Shown: piece by piece, positions 31,861 to 41,645 of the stretch
How positions within the stretch are numbered: the stretch's first letter is position 1
Layout: each line of letters starts with the position of its first letter
Source: an uncultured Bacteroidales bacterium
Lineage (GTDB): Bacteria > Bacteroidota > Bacteroidia > Bacteroidales > JAGOPY01
Assembly: GCA_963823285.1 (NCBI GenBank)
Contig: CAWGKX010000008.1
Location: 19,166-83,165 of the forward strand
Length of the DNA: 64,000 nt
Reading direction: 5' to 3'
Position numbers and translations under genes: made by a program
The notes under the pieces: model-generated
What the model was told of the DNA's origin: nothing
What the model saw: only the letters and a program-made list of their open reading frames with translations
Databases searched by the model: none

Positions 31861-33757
31861 AATATTGTCTTTCCTGAACTTTCTTTTCCAAAAATTCCGA
31901 CCCCTCACCTGCATTCTTTGCCTTTTCCCAGTATTTAACCGCTTCTTTCTTATCGTCCAGCTTCCACAACACATCGCCGTAATGTTCAATGACCACGGCG
32001 CTCACTTCTCCATTTTCAAGAGCGTTCCCAATCCATTCTTTTGCCTCGTCATATTTGCCCTGTTTAAACATTACCCATCCATAGGTATCCTGGTAAGAAC
32101 TGTTTGAAGGTTCAAGGTCCATGGCTTTTTTCGCCATTTCTTCAGCCTTGTCCAGGTTAATGCCACGTAAAGATAAATAATATGCGTAATTATTCAGCAC
32201 CAGGACATTATCCGGATCGATCTTAAGTACTTTTTCGTAGGCTTCATCGGATTTCTCATTATCTTTTAGCTGGAAATAAGTATCACCCTGGTAAGAATAA
32301 AATTGTTCGAGCATCTTATCATCTGCTACGACGAAATTTGCCCCGTCGGTAAAATATTTTGCGGCTGCTTCATACTGCTTCAACTGAAAACTTGCCGCTC
32401 CGGCAAACAGATAAAGCATCGGCTGCTCAGGGAACAGGGCAATCGCACGCTTGCCCTCATCAAGCATGGCCAGGTCATCCCGCAACTGGGATTCCACGAA
32501 CAAAAGTTGTTCCCAGATGGCATATTTAGTGCTGTCGATACTGATCACCTTCCTGAACTCCTGCCGCGCTTCTTCATATCTTTTATCCTGGACAAGAAAA
32601 TCGGCATAGATCGAATGTGCCTTTGGATCACCCGGGTGTGTGTTGATCAGGATATTGGCAAGCTGAAAAGCCTCATCTTTGTAAGAGCTGTACAATTCGG
32701 TCACCGAATAGTAAGCCAGCAGTATGCTGACCTTGGTGTCGATGTCAAGTTTCGGGTTGGCAAAGCCGGCCTTCAGGTACTCGAATGATTTCTCCCTGTC
32801 TCCTTTTTTCCTGTAATAATCGGACAAAGAAATGTTGATATATGGGTCTTCGGGATCGATTTTCAGTATCTGGTCGTAAACTGCGAGCGCATCTTCATCC
32901 ATCCCGGTGGTCATATAAAGCTCGGCAAGCATTTCAAGGTAACGTGGCTCCTCGGGGAAAGCGACGGTGAGTTTCTTGATCTCTTCGACGGCCTTTTCAG
33001 GCTTGCCCATCATGATATAGATCTTTTCTTTCTGAACGGAGATATCCTCGTTGATCCCCATTTTTTCTTCCAGGATATCGTAAGATTTAATCGCACTCTT
33101 ATAATCGTTGTTATAAATATCATTCAGCCCCTCGTCCTCGTAATATTCAATATTGTCGGGCTCGGCGGTAATGAGCTCATCGATGTACTTTCCAGCTTCC
33201 GTATAATTGCCCTGTGCCTGGTATATCTGTATCAATAGTATCTTGTACCATTTATTGGCAGGATCAAGTGTAACGGCTTTCTCAGCCAGAGGCGCCGCGT
33301 CAGCTACTTTCCCGTGATCGGTATAAATATCAGCCAGCTCGTAAAAGGCTGCGGCATCATTCGGGTCCTGGTCCAGGCACTTCCTGAAAAGCTCAATGGC
33401 TTTATCGTCATTCCCTAAGATCTTTTGTTTGGTGGCATCGTAATAAGTGCCGCGGTCGTTTTGCGGCTTGTCTTTCAGGCTGCTCACCTGGGCGAGGACG
33501 TTAAGACTGTATGACTGTAAGACGATAAGAAAAAGGATGAAAATGATTGGGCGATTGAGCGATTGGACGATTGGAGGATTTGAAGATTTGAAGATTTGAA
33601 GATTGGAAGATTGGGCGATTGGACGATTGGGCGATTTATTGATATGATAGCCGGGAGTTTTAATGATTGAATTTTTTAACAATAGAACAATGGAACAATT
33701 GAACAATTGACCGGCTAGAATATTATTTACTCTTAATTTCTTCATTACCTGTATCAT
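31853..33757 (-). CDS. Tetratricopeptide-repeat protein
   Basis: Many TPR helices, LNNYAYYL, YQDTYGWV, IEHYGD; N-terminus expanded by octamer repeats. Confidence 0.9.
   Translation of the reverse strand: MIQVMKKLRVNNILAGQLFNCSIVLLLKNSIIKTPGYHINKSPNRPIAQSSNLQIFKSSNPPIVQSLNRPIIFILFLIVLQSYSLNVLAQVSSLKDKPQNDRGTYYDATKQKILGNDDKAIELFRKCLDQDPNDAAAFYELADIYTDHGKVADAAPLAEKAVTLDPANKWYKILLIQIYQAQGNYTEAGKYIDELITAEPDNIEYYEDEGLNDIYNNDYKSAIKSYDILEEKMGINEDISVQKEKIYIMMGKPEKAVEEIKKLTVAFPEEPRYLEMLAELYMTTGMDEDALAVYDQILKIDPEDPYINISLSDYYRKKGDREKSFEYLKAGFANPKLDIDTKVSILLAYYSVTELYSSYKDEAFQLANILINTHPGDPKAHSIYADFLVQDKRYEEARQEFRKVISIDSTKYAIWEQLLFVESQLRDDLAMLDEGKRAIALFPEQPMLYLFAGAASFQLKQYEAAAKYFTDGANFVVADDKMLEQFYSYQGDTYFQLKDNEKSDEAYEKVLKIDPDNVLVLNNYAYYLSLRGINLDKAEEMAKKAMDLEPSNSSYQDTYGWVMFKQGKYDEAKEWIGNALENGEVSAVVIEHYGDVLWKLDDKKEAVKYWEKAKNAGEGSEFLEKKVQERQYYE
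33545..33710. repeat. Octamer arrays (GATTGGGC/GATTTGAA ~11 copies; AACAATNG x4) inside the TPR 5' coding region
   Basis: Read directly; translated as SPNRPIAQSSNLQIFKSSNPPIVQSLNRPII. Confidence 0.85.
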
Positions 33758-33775
33758 TAATTTTAATAACGCTCT

Positions 33776-33808
33776 TCACTTCGTACCCGTATGCCCGAAG
33801 CCGCCCGC
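33776..33808 (-). pseudogene. dut: 3' remnant of dUTPase
   Basis: Minus strand gcg ggc ggc ttc ggg cat acg ggt acg aag tga = AGGFGHTGTK* (dUTPase motif V), at the position where dut normally precedes this TPR gene. Confidence 0.7.
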
Positions 33809-33815
33809 AAAGGTA
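33808..33815 (-). promoter_or_regulatory. Bacteroidota -7 promoter box (TACCTTTG) for the TPR-DUF4292-EnvC operon
   Basis: Matches the TAnnTTTG consensus ~50 bp upstream of the TPR start. Confidence 0.5.
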
Positions 33816-33843
33816 GTTATTTTGTGACAGAATTCATAGAGAA

Positions 33844-33922
33844 GACTGTAAGACTGTAAGACTGTAAGACTGTAGGACTGTAGGACTGTAGGACTGTAGG
33901 ACTGTAGGACTATAGGACGGGA
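33844..33922 (+). repeat. (GACTGTAR)x9 + GACGGGA; left inverted arm of locus A
   Basis: Read directly; reverse-complement array at 36451-36529. Confidence 0.9.
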
Positions 33923-34000
33923 GGACCGTTGGAAAGTTGGACGAGAGAAGGTGAGGATAGCGAAATATTCACTCCGGAGGAGCTTAACATTTGTAGAAAT

Positions 34001-34057
34001 ATAACCCAGAGAGGGTTGGGATAAATAAAAAGCCCATTAGATAATCTAGATATTTAA
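34001..34057 (+). pseudogene. Tyrosine-recombinase C-terminal tail remnant (locus A)
   Basis: Translates ITQRGLG*IKSPLDNLDI*, against ITQKGLGKIKSPLDNLDI* at 61499-61555. Confidence 0.8.
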
Positions 34058-34266
34058 TTTGATTATATTTGATGGGATTAACCAGGGTAATGAGGAAAGA
34101 TTACATTTATAATTACTAGGCAGGATGTATCAGCTATTACACAAAAAGTCAGATTTGGAGATTGCAAATGCAAGACACAATACTACCGGAAATTCGAAGA
34201 GTAAATGCAATAATTCAATTGCTAGATTATAAGGAAAAGCAATACATTTAGCCGAGCGTTATGGAT
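34058..34266 (+). mobile_element. Conserved leader ending in an attI-like core GTTATGGAT (locus A)
   Basis: 200 bp ungapped, 172/200 identical by hand count to 45109-45308; similarity ends at GTT (34258); TATATTTG promoter box at 34064. Confidence 0.75.
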
Positions 34267-34282
34267 TATTGTAAAAGGACAG

Positions 34283-34880
34283 ATGAAACATTGTACATTA
34301 ACCATATTAACAATCATATTCTCAGGTTTTTCAGGATTTAGTCAACTAAACAGACAGATCGACAAGAGCCAAAAAGAGTCAATGAAAGTCCACCATTTGA
34401 GACTGCTAAAGGAATGTCCGATGAGTTGAAAATCCAGAAAAAATATCGACTTCAATACATTGCAGACATTGACAGTATTTTGCAACTATTTTCAAATGAT
34501 ACAATAATTTTGACCGAAAGTTATGATTTCATTTGTTTTGGCTGTCCTTCAGACAATGTTCGAATTTTGGTTGATACGGTTTTGATAAATTACGAAAGAG
34601 ATTTTAAATCAAAAGACTATATCAAGACAATTGAGTTTGTGCCTAAAAAGTCGTTCAATTTAAGAGCTAATCAAAGCGATTGTTTGAGTTGAGAAAAGAG
34701 ATTTGGACAAATAAGGATTGGGATAAAAAACCAGAAAAATATGGAACAGATAAGTGTTTTGATGGGGGACACACGTTCTATACAGTCATAAATCCAAGTG
34801 GAGGCATGATTTCAATGTATATGAGGTGTTGGATTCCAAAAGAAATTAGAAATCAGACAGATGAGAACAACAACCCATAA
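34283..34880 (+). CDS. Cassette-borne hypothetical secreted protein (two frameshifts)
   Basis: MKHCTLTILTIIFSGFSGFSQ signal peptide; pieces 34414-34692 and 34680-34880; the stop lies within ACCCATAAC, complementary (8/9) to GTTATGGAT. Confidence 0.6.
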
Positions 34881-35170
34881 CGGATGTGCAGCGCCCAGCC
34901 CGGAAATTAAAATTTTGCCCGGCCAGGCGGGCGGTAGGTGATCCCTCGCTGCGCTCGGGATGACGCGGTTAGCAGTAGACAATATGAGCGGCGCGGCGCC
35001 ACGGAAGTATTAAGTTCTGACTTTCCTTTGGGCCGCGCCGCTCGGGTATCTCCTCCTACAATCGTCATCCCGAGCGCAGCGAGGGATCTGCTTGTAATTT
35101 GTAATACTAATTCATAACTTTACACTCTCGCACCGCCCGCCTGCCCGGTCAAATAATCCGGCCCAGGATG
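34873..35170 (+). mobile_element. attC-like site containing nested palindromes; 3' core not recognisable
   Basis: AAC-ggatGTGCAGCGCCCAGCCCGG start; perfect 26-bp IR 34940-34965/35063-35088; inner GAGCGGCGCGGC/GCCGCGCCGCTC; outer CAGGCGGGCGGT/ACCGCCCGCCTG. Confidence 0.6.
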
Positions 35171-35187
35171 TATAAAGACAAAATATT

Positions 35188-36097
35188 ATGAGTAAAAAAA
35201 GAACTGGTAAGACTGAATTTGTAAAATGGTTCGGACCAGTGCTTGATGCTTTAAGAGCATTAGGTGGCTCAGCGAAACCCAAGGAAATTACTAAATGGAT
35301 TGCTGAGAAAGGTAATATCCCAGATAATGTTTTGAATGAAAGATACGCAAAATCTGGTGGATTAAAGTTCCCTAACCAAATAGCCTGGGCAAGACAGTAC
35401 TTAGTTTGGGAAGAACTTCTTGCTGCTTCAAAACACGGCGTATGGACTTTGAGTGCTAAAGGTTGGGACACTAAATTAAGCGAAACACAAGTATATGATA
35501 TATTTTTAAAATGGGAAAAATATTTCAAGATTTAAGAGAAGGTAAAGACTCGACTTCCATTGACAATGATGCAGAGAAAATTATACAAATTCAAGAAGAA
35601 GGTGAGCCAGACAGTGACAAAACAGACCTTAAATTCTTTAATAGATGTATTACAAAATTTATCTCCCGCTGGATTTGAACAACTTTGTGGTAGATATTAA
35701 GAGAATATGATTTTGAAGACATAGAAATTACTCAACGTTCACATGATGGTGGTATTGATGGTTACGCAACACTAAAGTTAAATCCGTTTGTAAATATGAG
35801 TGTATTTTTTCAGTGCAAGAGATACAGCGGGACAGTGCCGACAGAAAAAGTTCAAGCATTTATTGGGGTTATGGAAACGAATAAACGAAGTGTTGAAAAG
35901 GGACTCTTTCTTACGACAGGTTCATTTGCCAAAGCTGCATTAGATATAGATAAGAATAACATTAAACTTGAATTAATTGATGGAGACAAATTGTAGAAAT
36001 GTTTGAAAAAGTTGAATTAGGCGTTACACCGAGGACAGTTTATGAACCAGACATGACATTCTTTGAACAGTACAGAGACAAGAAGCCCGGCCGGTGA
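35188..36097 (+). CDS. mrr: Mrr-family (type IV) restriction endonuclease, several frameshifts
   Basis: Mrr_N (LDALRALGGSA...NQIAWAR.YL...GVWTL), SPAGFEQL, SHDGGIDG, FQCKRY, LIDGDKL; stop within CCGGTGAC. Confidence 0.85.
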
Positions 36098-36219
36098 CAA
36101 AGGCTTGCTGCAAGCGGGGCAGCGGGGTTTTGGGACAGTGCAGTTCATTAATCAAACGTTAGTGTATTAGGACAGGAACAACCCCGCGGCATAACAACCG
36201 CGCATCGCCCAGCCCGGGG
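36089..36219 (+). mobile_element. Two truncated attC-like half-sites
   Basis: GCCGGTGAC-AAAGGCTTGCTGCAAGCGGGGC..., then GGCATAAC-AACCGCGCATCGCCCAGCCCGG, matching the half-sites at 34881 and 63340. Confidence 0.55.
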
Positions 36220-36450
36220 TTCTTTAAAATGTTGCATCCGCCAGCTGGTGGACCAAACAAATACAAAATCCAAAATTCAAAAACTCCTCAAATCAGCCAA
36301 TCTCCCAACCATCCAATCCGCAAAGTCCCTTGCTTTTCTCCCCAAAACATCCTACTTTTATCCCACCCAATTCATCCTCAACGATCTTCATAATGATGTA
36401 AGATGAAAACCCTGAAATTCCACTTTTAACTGCCAAAATTCCTTCCGCTT

Positions 36451-36529
36451 TCCCGTCCTACAGTCTTACAGTCCTACAGTCTTACAGTCTTACAGTCTTA
36501 CAGTCTTACAGTCCTACAGTCCTACAGCC
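36451..36529 (-). repeat. TCCCGTC + (YTACAGTC)x9; right inverted arm of locus A
   Basis: Reverse complement of the array at 33844-33922. Confidence 0.9.
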
Positions 36530-36545
36530 TCACTCTCCAGCGGTC

Positions 36546-38036
36546 CTAAAACACTGCCTTAAACTCTCTTCTTTCCTTATAATAAACTATAAGCAGGAAA
36601 ATCATCAAAAGCACGACATTGATTCCCATCAACAGCGCTTTCCGCTCGATGGGCATGAAATAGCTGACCAGGAACAGGCCAACTGACAGCAGGAAATAGA
36701 ACGCGATCCTTCTCCTCTGGTAATTGATCCGGTAGAATTTCTGTCCCCAGTAATAAGACAGGATTACCATCACCACGTACGCCGAAAGATGTCCCCAGGC
36801 AGCGCCGAGATAGCTGTACCGCGGCACCAGCAGCACGTTCATAATTATTGTCACTGCGGCTCCCGACAAGCCTATATAAGCGCCATACCGGGTCATATCG
36901 TTCAGTTTGTACCAGATTGACAGGTTGAAGGTAATGCCCAGAAGCAGGTTGGCCATCAGCACGATCGGCAGGATATAGATCCCCTCCCAGTAAGCCGGCC
37001 CGATGAAATACTTGACGATGTCGGCGAATAAGGTCACCCCGAGAAATATGATCAGGCCGAACAGGATGAAGTACTTCATCACGTCGGCATAGACTTTTTT
37101 AGCATTCTGTTCCCTGACCTGGGCGAAGAAGAAAGGCTCGGCGGCATACCGGAACATCTGGATGAATAGCGTCATCAGCACTGAAAGCTTATAGGCCGCT
37201 CCGTAAATCCCCAGCTGGCCCATGGCGTAGGCCGCGGGTTTCGGCACGCCGGGCGGCACGACAAGCAGATATTTGAAAATGATCTTATCCGCCACTTCGT
37301 TTACCATCCCTGCAAGGCCCACGATAAGCAGCGGAAAAGTATAGACGAGCATCCGGCGCAAAAGTTCCCATTCCACCCTGAACCGGATCCGGAAAATGTC
37401 GGGAAGCAATAATAACAGGACGAGGGCGCTTGAGATCAGGTTGGAGATAAAAGCATAGCCGACGCCGATGGAAGGGTTGTAAACCAGTCTTATCCATGAA
37501 TCCGGGTGATGCGAGTAGATCTTCGGGGCGAGCCATAGAAAGAAAAAGTTCAGTGCGACATTTACCACCACATTGATGATCTTGAGCACCGAAAACCTGA
37601 GCGCCTTGTTCTTATGCCGCAGGTAGGCGAAAGGAATGGCGGTAAATGCATCTAGGGCAACTATGATGCAGAACATCGTAATGTATTCCTTATGGTTGCC
37701 GTATTCTATCAGGCTGGCGATGGGCTGTGCAAATATCACCACTAGCAGGACGAAAAGCGCTGAAGTGGCAAATACGCTGAATAGTGAAGCACTGAAGACT
37801 TTTTTGTAATCCGGCTCTTTTTCGGCAAAGCGGAAGAAGGTCGTTTCCATCCCGTAAGTAAGCAGCACCAGCAGGAAAGCCATATAAGCGTAAAGCTCCG
37901 TGATCACCCCGTATTCGCCGGTGATGAAGACGCGCGTATAGAAAGGCGTAAGGAGGAAATAGTTCAGCAACCTCGGGACGATGGTTCCCATTCCATAAAC
38001 AAGCGTCTGCCCGGCAAGCTTCTTGAGCGGATTCAA
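36546..38036 (-). CDS. Polysaccharide/oligosaccharide flippase (MOP superfamily)
   Basis: LKKLAGQTLVYG, YGMETTFFRF, FRYAAEPFFF; many TM helices. Confidence 0.85.
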   Translation of the reverse strand: MNPLKKLAGQTLVYGMGTIVPRLLNYFLLTPFYTRVFITGEYGVITELYAYMAFLLVLLTYGMETTFFRFAEKEPDYKKVFSASLFSVFATSALFVLLVVIFAQPIASLIEYGNHKEYITMFCIIVALDAFTAIPFAYLRHKNKALRFSVLKIINVVVNVALNFFFLWLAPKIYSHHPDSWIRLVYNPSIGVGYAFISNLISSALVLLLLLPDIFRIRFRVEWELLRRMLVYTFPLLIVGLAGMVNEVADKIIFKYLLVVPPGVPKPAAYAMGQLGIYGAAYKLSVLMTLFIQMFRYAAEPFFFAQVREQNAKKVYADVMKYFILFGLIIFLGVTLFADIVKYFIGPAYWEGIYILPIVLMANLLLGITFNLSIWYKLNDMTRYGAYIGLSGAAVTIIMNVLLVPRYSYLGAAWGHLSAYVVMVILSYYWGQKFYRINYQRRRIAFYFLLSVGLFLVSYFMPIERKALLMGINVVLLMIFLLIVYYKERREFKAVF

Positions 38037-38186
38037 AAGGTTTTTGTTTGCGGGAGTAAAAGTAGAAAAAAAAGTCAGCAGTCAGCAGTCAGTGGCAGAG
38101 CATATCCATAAAATGGAATTTTCTAAAAGACAGGTTGCAACCCTTCTAATAATATTTTGTCTTTAATAAATATAAGAAATTAGAAA

Positions 38187-38840
38187 ATGAGAAAAATAAT
38201 ATTTACATTACTAATAGCTATCTTAATAGGAAGTAAATACAACAATTTATCCGGACAGGATGTTGAAACTAAAAATCATTGGCTTGAAAAACATCCTCTG
38301 GAATTTGCCATAGGTAATTTCTCCGTCGGGATGCCATTTTCGAAAATATTTATAAACAAATTCTATCCGGCGATAACGGTAGGCACAGAGTTTTATTACC
38401 GGAATAAAACATATTCGCAAATATACCAGACAGCGCATATTGGAGGTTATTATACTGAATACAGCACCTCCGCATTATTTGTGAATACCGAAATAGGATA
38501 CAGATATACATTCGGTTTTGGATTATTTGCCGATGTAAATTTGGGTGTTGGGTATTCTCATCTTTTCAGACCCAATGCCATTTATAAATTAAACAGCAAC
38601 GGAGAATACGAACAAGTAAGTGATTGGGGAAAACCATCATTAATGGCTGACTATTCATTGTCCATCGGCTATGACTTCACAAAACATTTGCGAAAACCCG
38701 TAAGTGTTTTTCTGCGTTATGGAAATTATGTACAATTGTTTTATAATGATCCCGATATACCCGTTTTGCCCCAGAACAGTTTTCAGATAGGAACAAGATT
38801 TTTAATCAATCAGAAACAGAAATCAAATGAAACTAAATAG
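38187..38840 (+). CDS. Hypothetical outer-membrane beta-barrel-like protein
   Basis: Signal peptide, alternating aromatic beta-strand patterns; AT-rich. Confidence 0.55.
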   Translation: MRKIIFTLLIAILIGSKYNNLSGQDVETKNHWLEKHPLEFAIGNFSVGMPFSKIFINKFYPAITVGTEFYYRNKTYSQIYQTAHIGGYYTEYSTSALFVNTEIGYRYTFGFGLFADVNLGVGYSHLFRPNAIYKLNSNGEYEQVSDWGKPSLMADYSLSIGYDFTKHLRKPVSVFLRYGNYVQLFYNDPDIPVLPQNSFQIGTRFLINQKQKSNETK

Positions 38841-40026
38841 ACTATTTATTGTCATTTCAGCACTTGTATTTTTTGCTTTATTCTCATGCAGGAAGGATGG
38901 CTTGAATGAACCTGTTTCATCAGATTGCAGCCTGCCATTTGCAGACAGCACGGCAAACAATCCGAAGAACTTGGCTTACCAGGCATTGCTTGACAAATAT
39001 GTAAAGGAAGGCCTGCCCGGTTTAGTCGTTTTAATAAGAACTCCAAATGAAGGTTTGTGGATTGGGTCATCAGGTTATGCAAGAATTGAAGACAAAACAC
39101 CGATGAAAAAATGCAATATCGTTTATTCAGCCAGTATCGGGAAAACATATTGTGCTGTGGCAATAATGAAACTGGTTGAAGAAGGCAGATTAAATCTTGA
39201 TGATAAAATGAATAAGTATTTACCGGCAGATATATGTGATAATATACCTAATGGCAATACTGCTTCTATCAGAATGCTGCTTGGACATACTTCAGGGATA
39301 CCAAATTTTGACGATGACACACAATTCATTGCAGACGTTTTAAACGATCCATTTTCAATTACGACAGATGATTTAATTAAATATGAATATTGTAAAAAAG
39401 CATTGTTCCAACCGGGGGAAGGTTATGAATATTCATCAACAGGATATGAATTGCTGGCAAAAATCATTGATAAAGTCACAGGCGAAAACCACAGTAAATA
39501 TTACACATCCCATATCTTTCAGCCACTTGGATTAAACAACACTTATTATAAAAATGAAGTTGGTTTTCCCAAACCCGATGGACTGGTCAACTGTTACTTT
39601 GACAGGCTAGGTGACGGAAAAATTGATAATGTATCGGATGTTAATAATCATCTGACACAGGTATTGACAGGGTCGGATGGTATCATGGCTTCAGTTTACG
39701 ACTATTATTTATTTATTGAAGCATTGATGAAAGGGAATCTGGTAAGTTCTCAATCACTGCAACAGATGACTATCTGGCACGATACTCATTCTTCTCACCC
39801 TGAAATCAAATATGGCCTTGGTTTGTTTCAGATTGAAACCAAATATGGATTTAAAGTAGGTCATGATGGGGATGCAATGGGAGCTGGCACTGATATGTAT
39901 TATTTCCCTGAACATGATATTACTATTGTAACAGCTACCGACCTTGGAACGTTTCTCGACACAGATCTGGCGCTGAAATATAACAACGACTTTCAAGACG
40001 ATTTGCTGGATGCCGTGTTTGAATAA
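38827..40026 (+). CDS. Serine hydrolase lipoprotein, beta-lactamase class C / D-peptidase superfamily
   Basis: Lipobox LFSC, SIGK (SxxK), LLGHTSG, YSSTGY, HDG. Confidence 0.85.
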   Translation: MKLNRLFIVISALVFFALFSCRKDGLNEPVSSDCSLPFADSTANNPKNLAYQALLDKYVKEGLPGLVVLIRTPNEGLWIGSSGYARIEDKTPMKKCNIVYSASIGKTYCAVAIMKLVEEGRLNLDDKMNKYLPADICDNIPNGNTASIRMLLGHTSGIPNFDDDTQFIADVLNDPFSITTDDLIKYEYCKKALFQPGEGYEYSSTGYELLAKIIDKVTGENHSKYYTSHIFQPLGLNNTYYKNEVGFPKPDGLVNCYFDRLGDGKIDNVSDVNNHLTQVLTGSDGIMASVYDYYLFIEALMKGNLVSSQSLQQMTIWHDTHSSHPEIKYGLGLFQIETKYGFKVGHDGDAMGAGTDMYYFPEHDITIVTATDLGTFLDTDLALKYNNDFQDDLLDAVFE

Positions 40027-40167
40027 AAAACATAATACCAATTCAAACATGCCGCGCCGTGTTTTAATACATTGGTTTAAATAATATTGTGCCGTACATT
40101 TTTTGCAGCTGATCTGAACATTCCTGGCGTCAATATGTTAATTGAATAACATTCAGATATGCCATAG

Positions 40168-41637
40168 TTGCTTAAAATGATGTGTCACTTTATGCAAAAT
40201 AAGTCTGATCGGGTCAGAATTAGACGTGCATTTTATTCTGCCTTAATATTCCTTTATATAATTTTTGGCCAGGGGCTGTTCGCACAACCAAAGACCTGGA
40301 CCATGAAAGAATGCATCGATTATGCGCTGGAAAAGAATATCCAGCTCAACCAGACGCAGCTCACCAGCAAGCTGAACGACCTCAGCCTTGCGCAGGCCAG
40401 AGCGAACCTTTACCCGAACCTTGCACTCACGGATTATTATTCGCTGAATTTCGGCTATTCGACCAATACTTTCACTTACCAGTCCGGCCAGCAGGATATT
40501 TCGATCAACAATATGGCACTGACCAGCAATTTCACCATATTCAACGGTTTCGAGCTCAGGAACACGGTTAAGCAGTCGAAATACATTTATGATGCGGGCA
40601 ATTTCGATATCGAAAAAGCAAAGAACGATATCCTGCTGGCCGTCGTCGCGGATTACCTGCAGATCCTCTATTCTTACAAAGCGCTGGAAATTGCCCGGAG
40701 CCAGGTGAGCAACACCGCGACCCAGGCCGAAAGGACCAGGAAATTCGTGGACGCCGGCAAACTGGCCGAGGGAAACCTTTTACAGATACAATCCCAGCTA
40801 TCGACCGACAAAGCTTCCGCCGTCAGTGCCGAAAACCAGGTCCAGCTTGCAAAAGTGACGCTGATGCAGATGATGGAACTTCCCATCGTCGAGAATTTCG
40901 AGATTGACAGTTCGGGCATCGTTGAACCGTCGCTCGAAGCGGTCACCTCATCCGCTGATATTTACCGGGTTTCGGAAGGCATCATGCCCGAGATCAGGAG
41001 CGCCGAGCTTAAAACCCAGGCTGCCGAGGCCGGCATCAGGATCGCAAACGCTTCGTACCTGCCCAGGCTCACCCTGGGACTGACCCTTAAATCGGGCTAT
41101 TCCAGCGGGAGCCGTCTTTATTCGACCATGCTCGTCCCGCAAAAAATAGGTTATCTTCAAAATGATCCCGCGACACTTGTTTACGGCGACGTGCCCATTA
41201 CATCAAAACATAATTATCCTTTTACAAGGCAGCTTAAAGACAATTTCGGCCAGGTCATCAACCTGAACCTGACGGTTCCGATCTACAGCAACAGCCAGGC
41301 CAGGTATGGATCCGAAAGGGCTAAGATCGACTATATGAATTCACAGCTCTCCGAGCAGGCAACCAGGGACCAGTTGCGGAAACTGGTGGAGCAGGCCTAT
41401 ACCGATCTTACCGCGGCCATCAAAAATTATGTGGCGGCGCAGGAAATCCTGGTTTCCGAAGAACGGACCTACCGCGACATGGAAAGAAAATTCAACCTCG
41501 GGCTGGCCACCGCCACGGATTTCCTGATCGAAAAGGACAATTATGTAAAGGCACAGTTGTCGGTCGTACAGTCAAGATTCACCTATATTTTCAAATCCAA
41601 AATCGTAGACTTCTACCTGGGTAAAAATTTAAACTAG
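40168..41637 (+). CDS. TolC-family outer-membrane efflux protein (start uncertain)
   Basis: WTMKECIDYALEKN, two OEP repeats, DFYLG. Confidence 0.9.
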   Translation: MLKMMCHFMQNKSDRVRIRRAFYSALIFLYIIFGQGLFAQPKTWTMKECIDYALEKNIQLNQTQLTSKLNDLSLAQARANLYPNLALTDYYSLNFGYSTNTFTYQSGQQDISINNMALTSNFTIFNGFELRNTVKQSKYIYDAGNFDIEKAKNDILLAVVADYLQILYSYKALEIARSQVSNTATQAERTRKFVDAGKLAEGNLLQIQSQLSTDKASAVSAENQVQLAKVTLMQMMELPIVENFEIDSSGIVEPSLEAVTSSADIYRVSEGIMPEIRSAELKTQAAEAGIRIANASYLPRLTLGLTLKSGYSSGSRLYSTMLVPQKIGYLQNDPATLVYGDVPITSKHNYPFTRQLKDNFGQVINLNLTVPIYSNSQARYGSERAKIDYMNSQLSEQATRDQLRKLVEQAYTDLTAAIKNYVAAQEILVSEERTYRDMERKFNLGLATATDFLIEKDNYVKAQLSVVQSRFTYIFKSKIVDFYLGKNLN

Positions 41638-41645
41638 ACTGATCG

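Noticed and set aside
38827..40026. Antibiotic-resistance beta-lactamase
   Set aside because: SxxK/YxS/HDG motifs fit the wider peptidase/esterase superfamily; there is no specific evidence for resistance.
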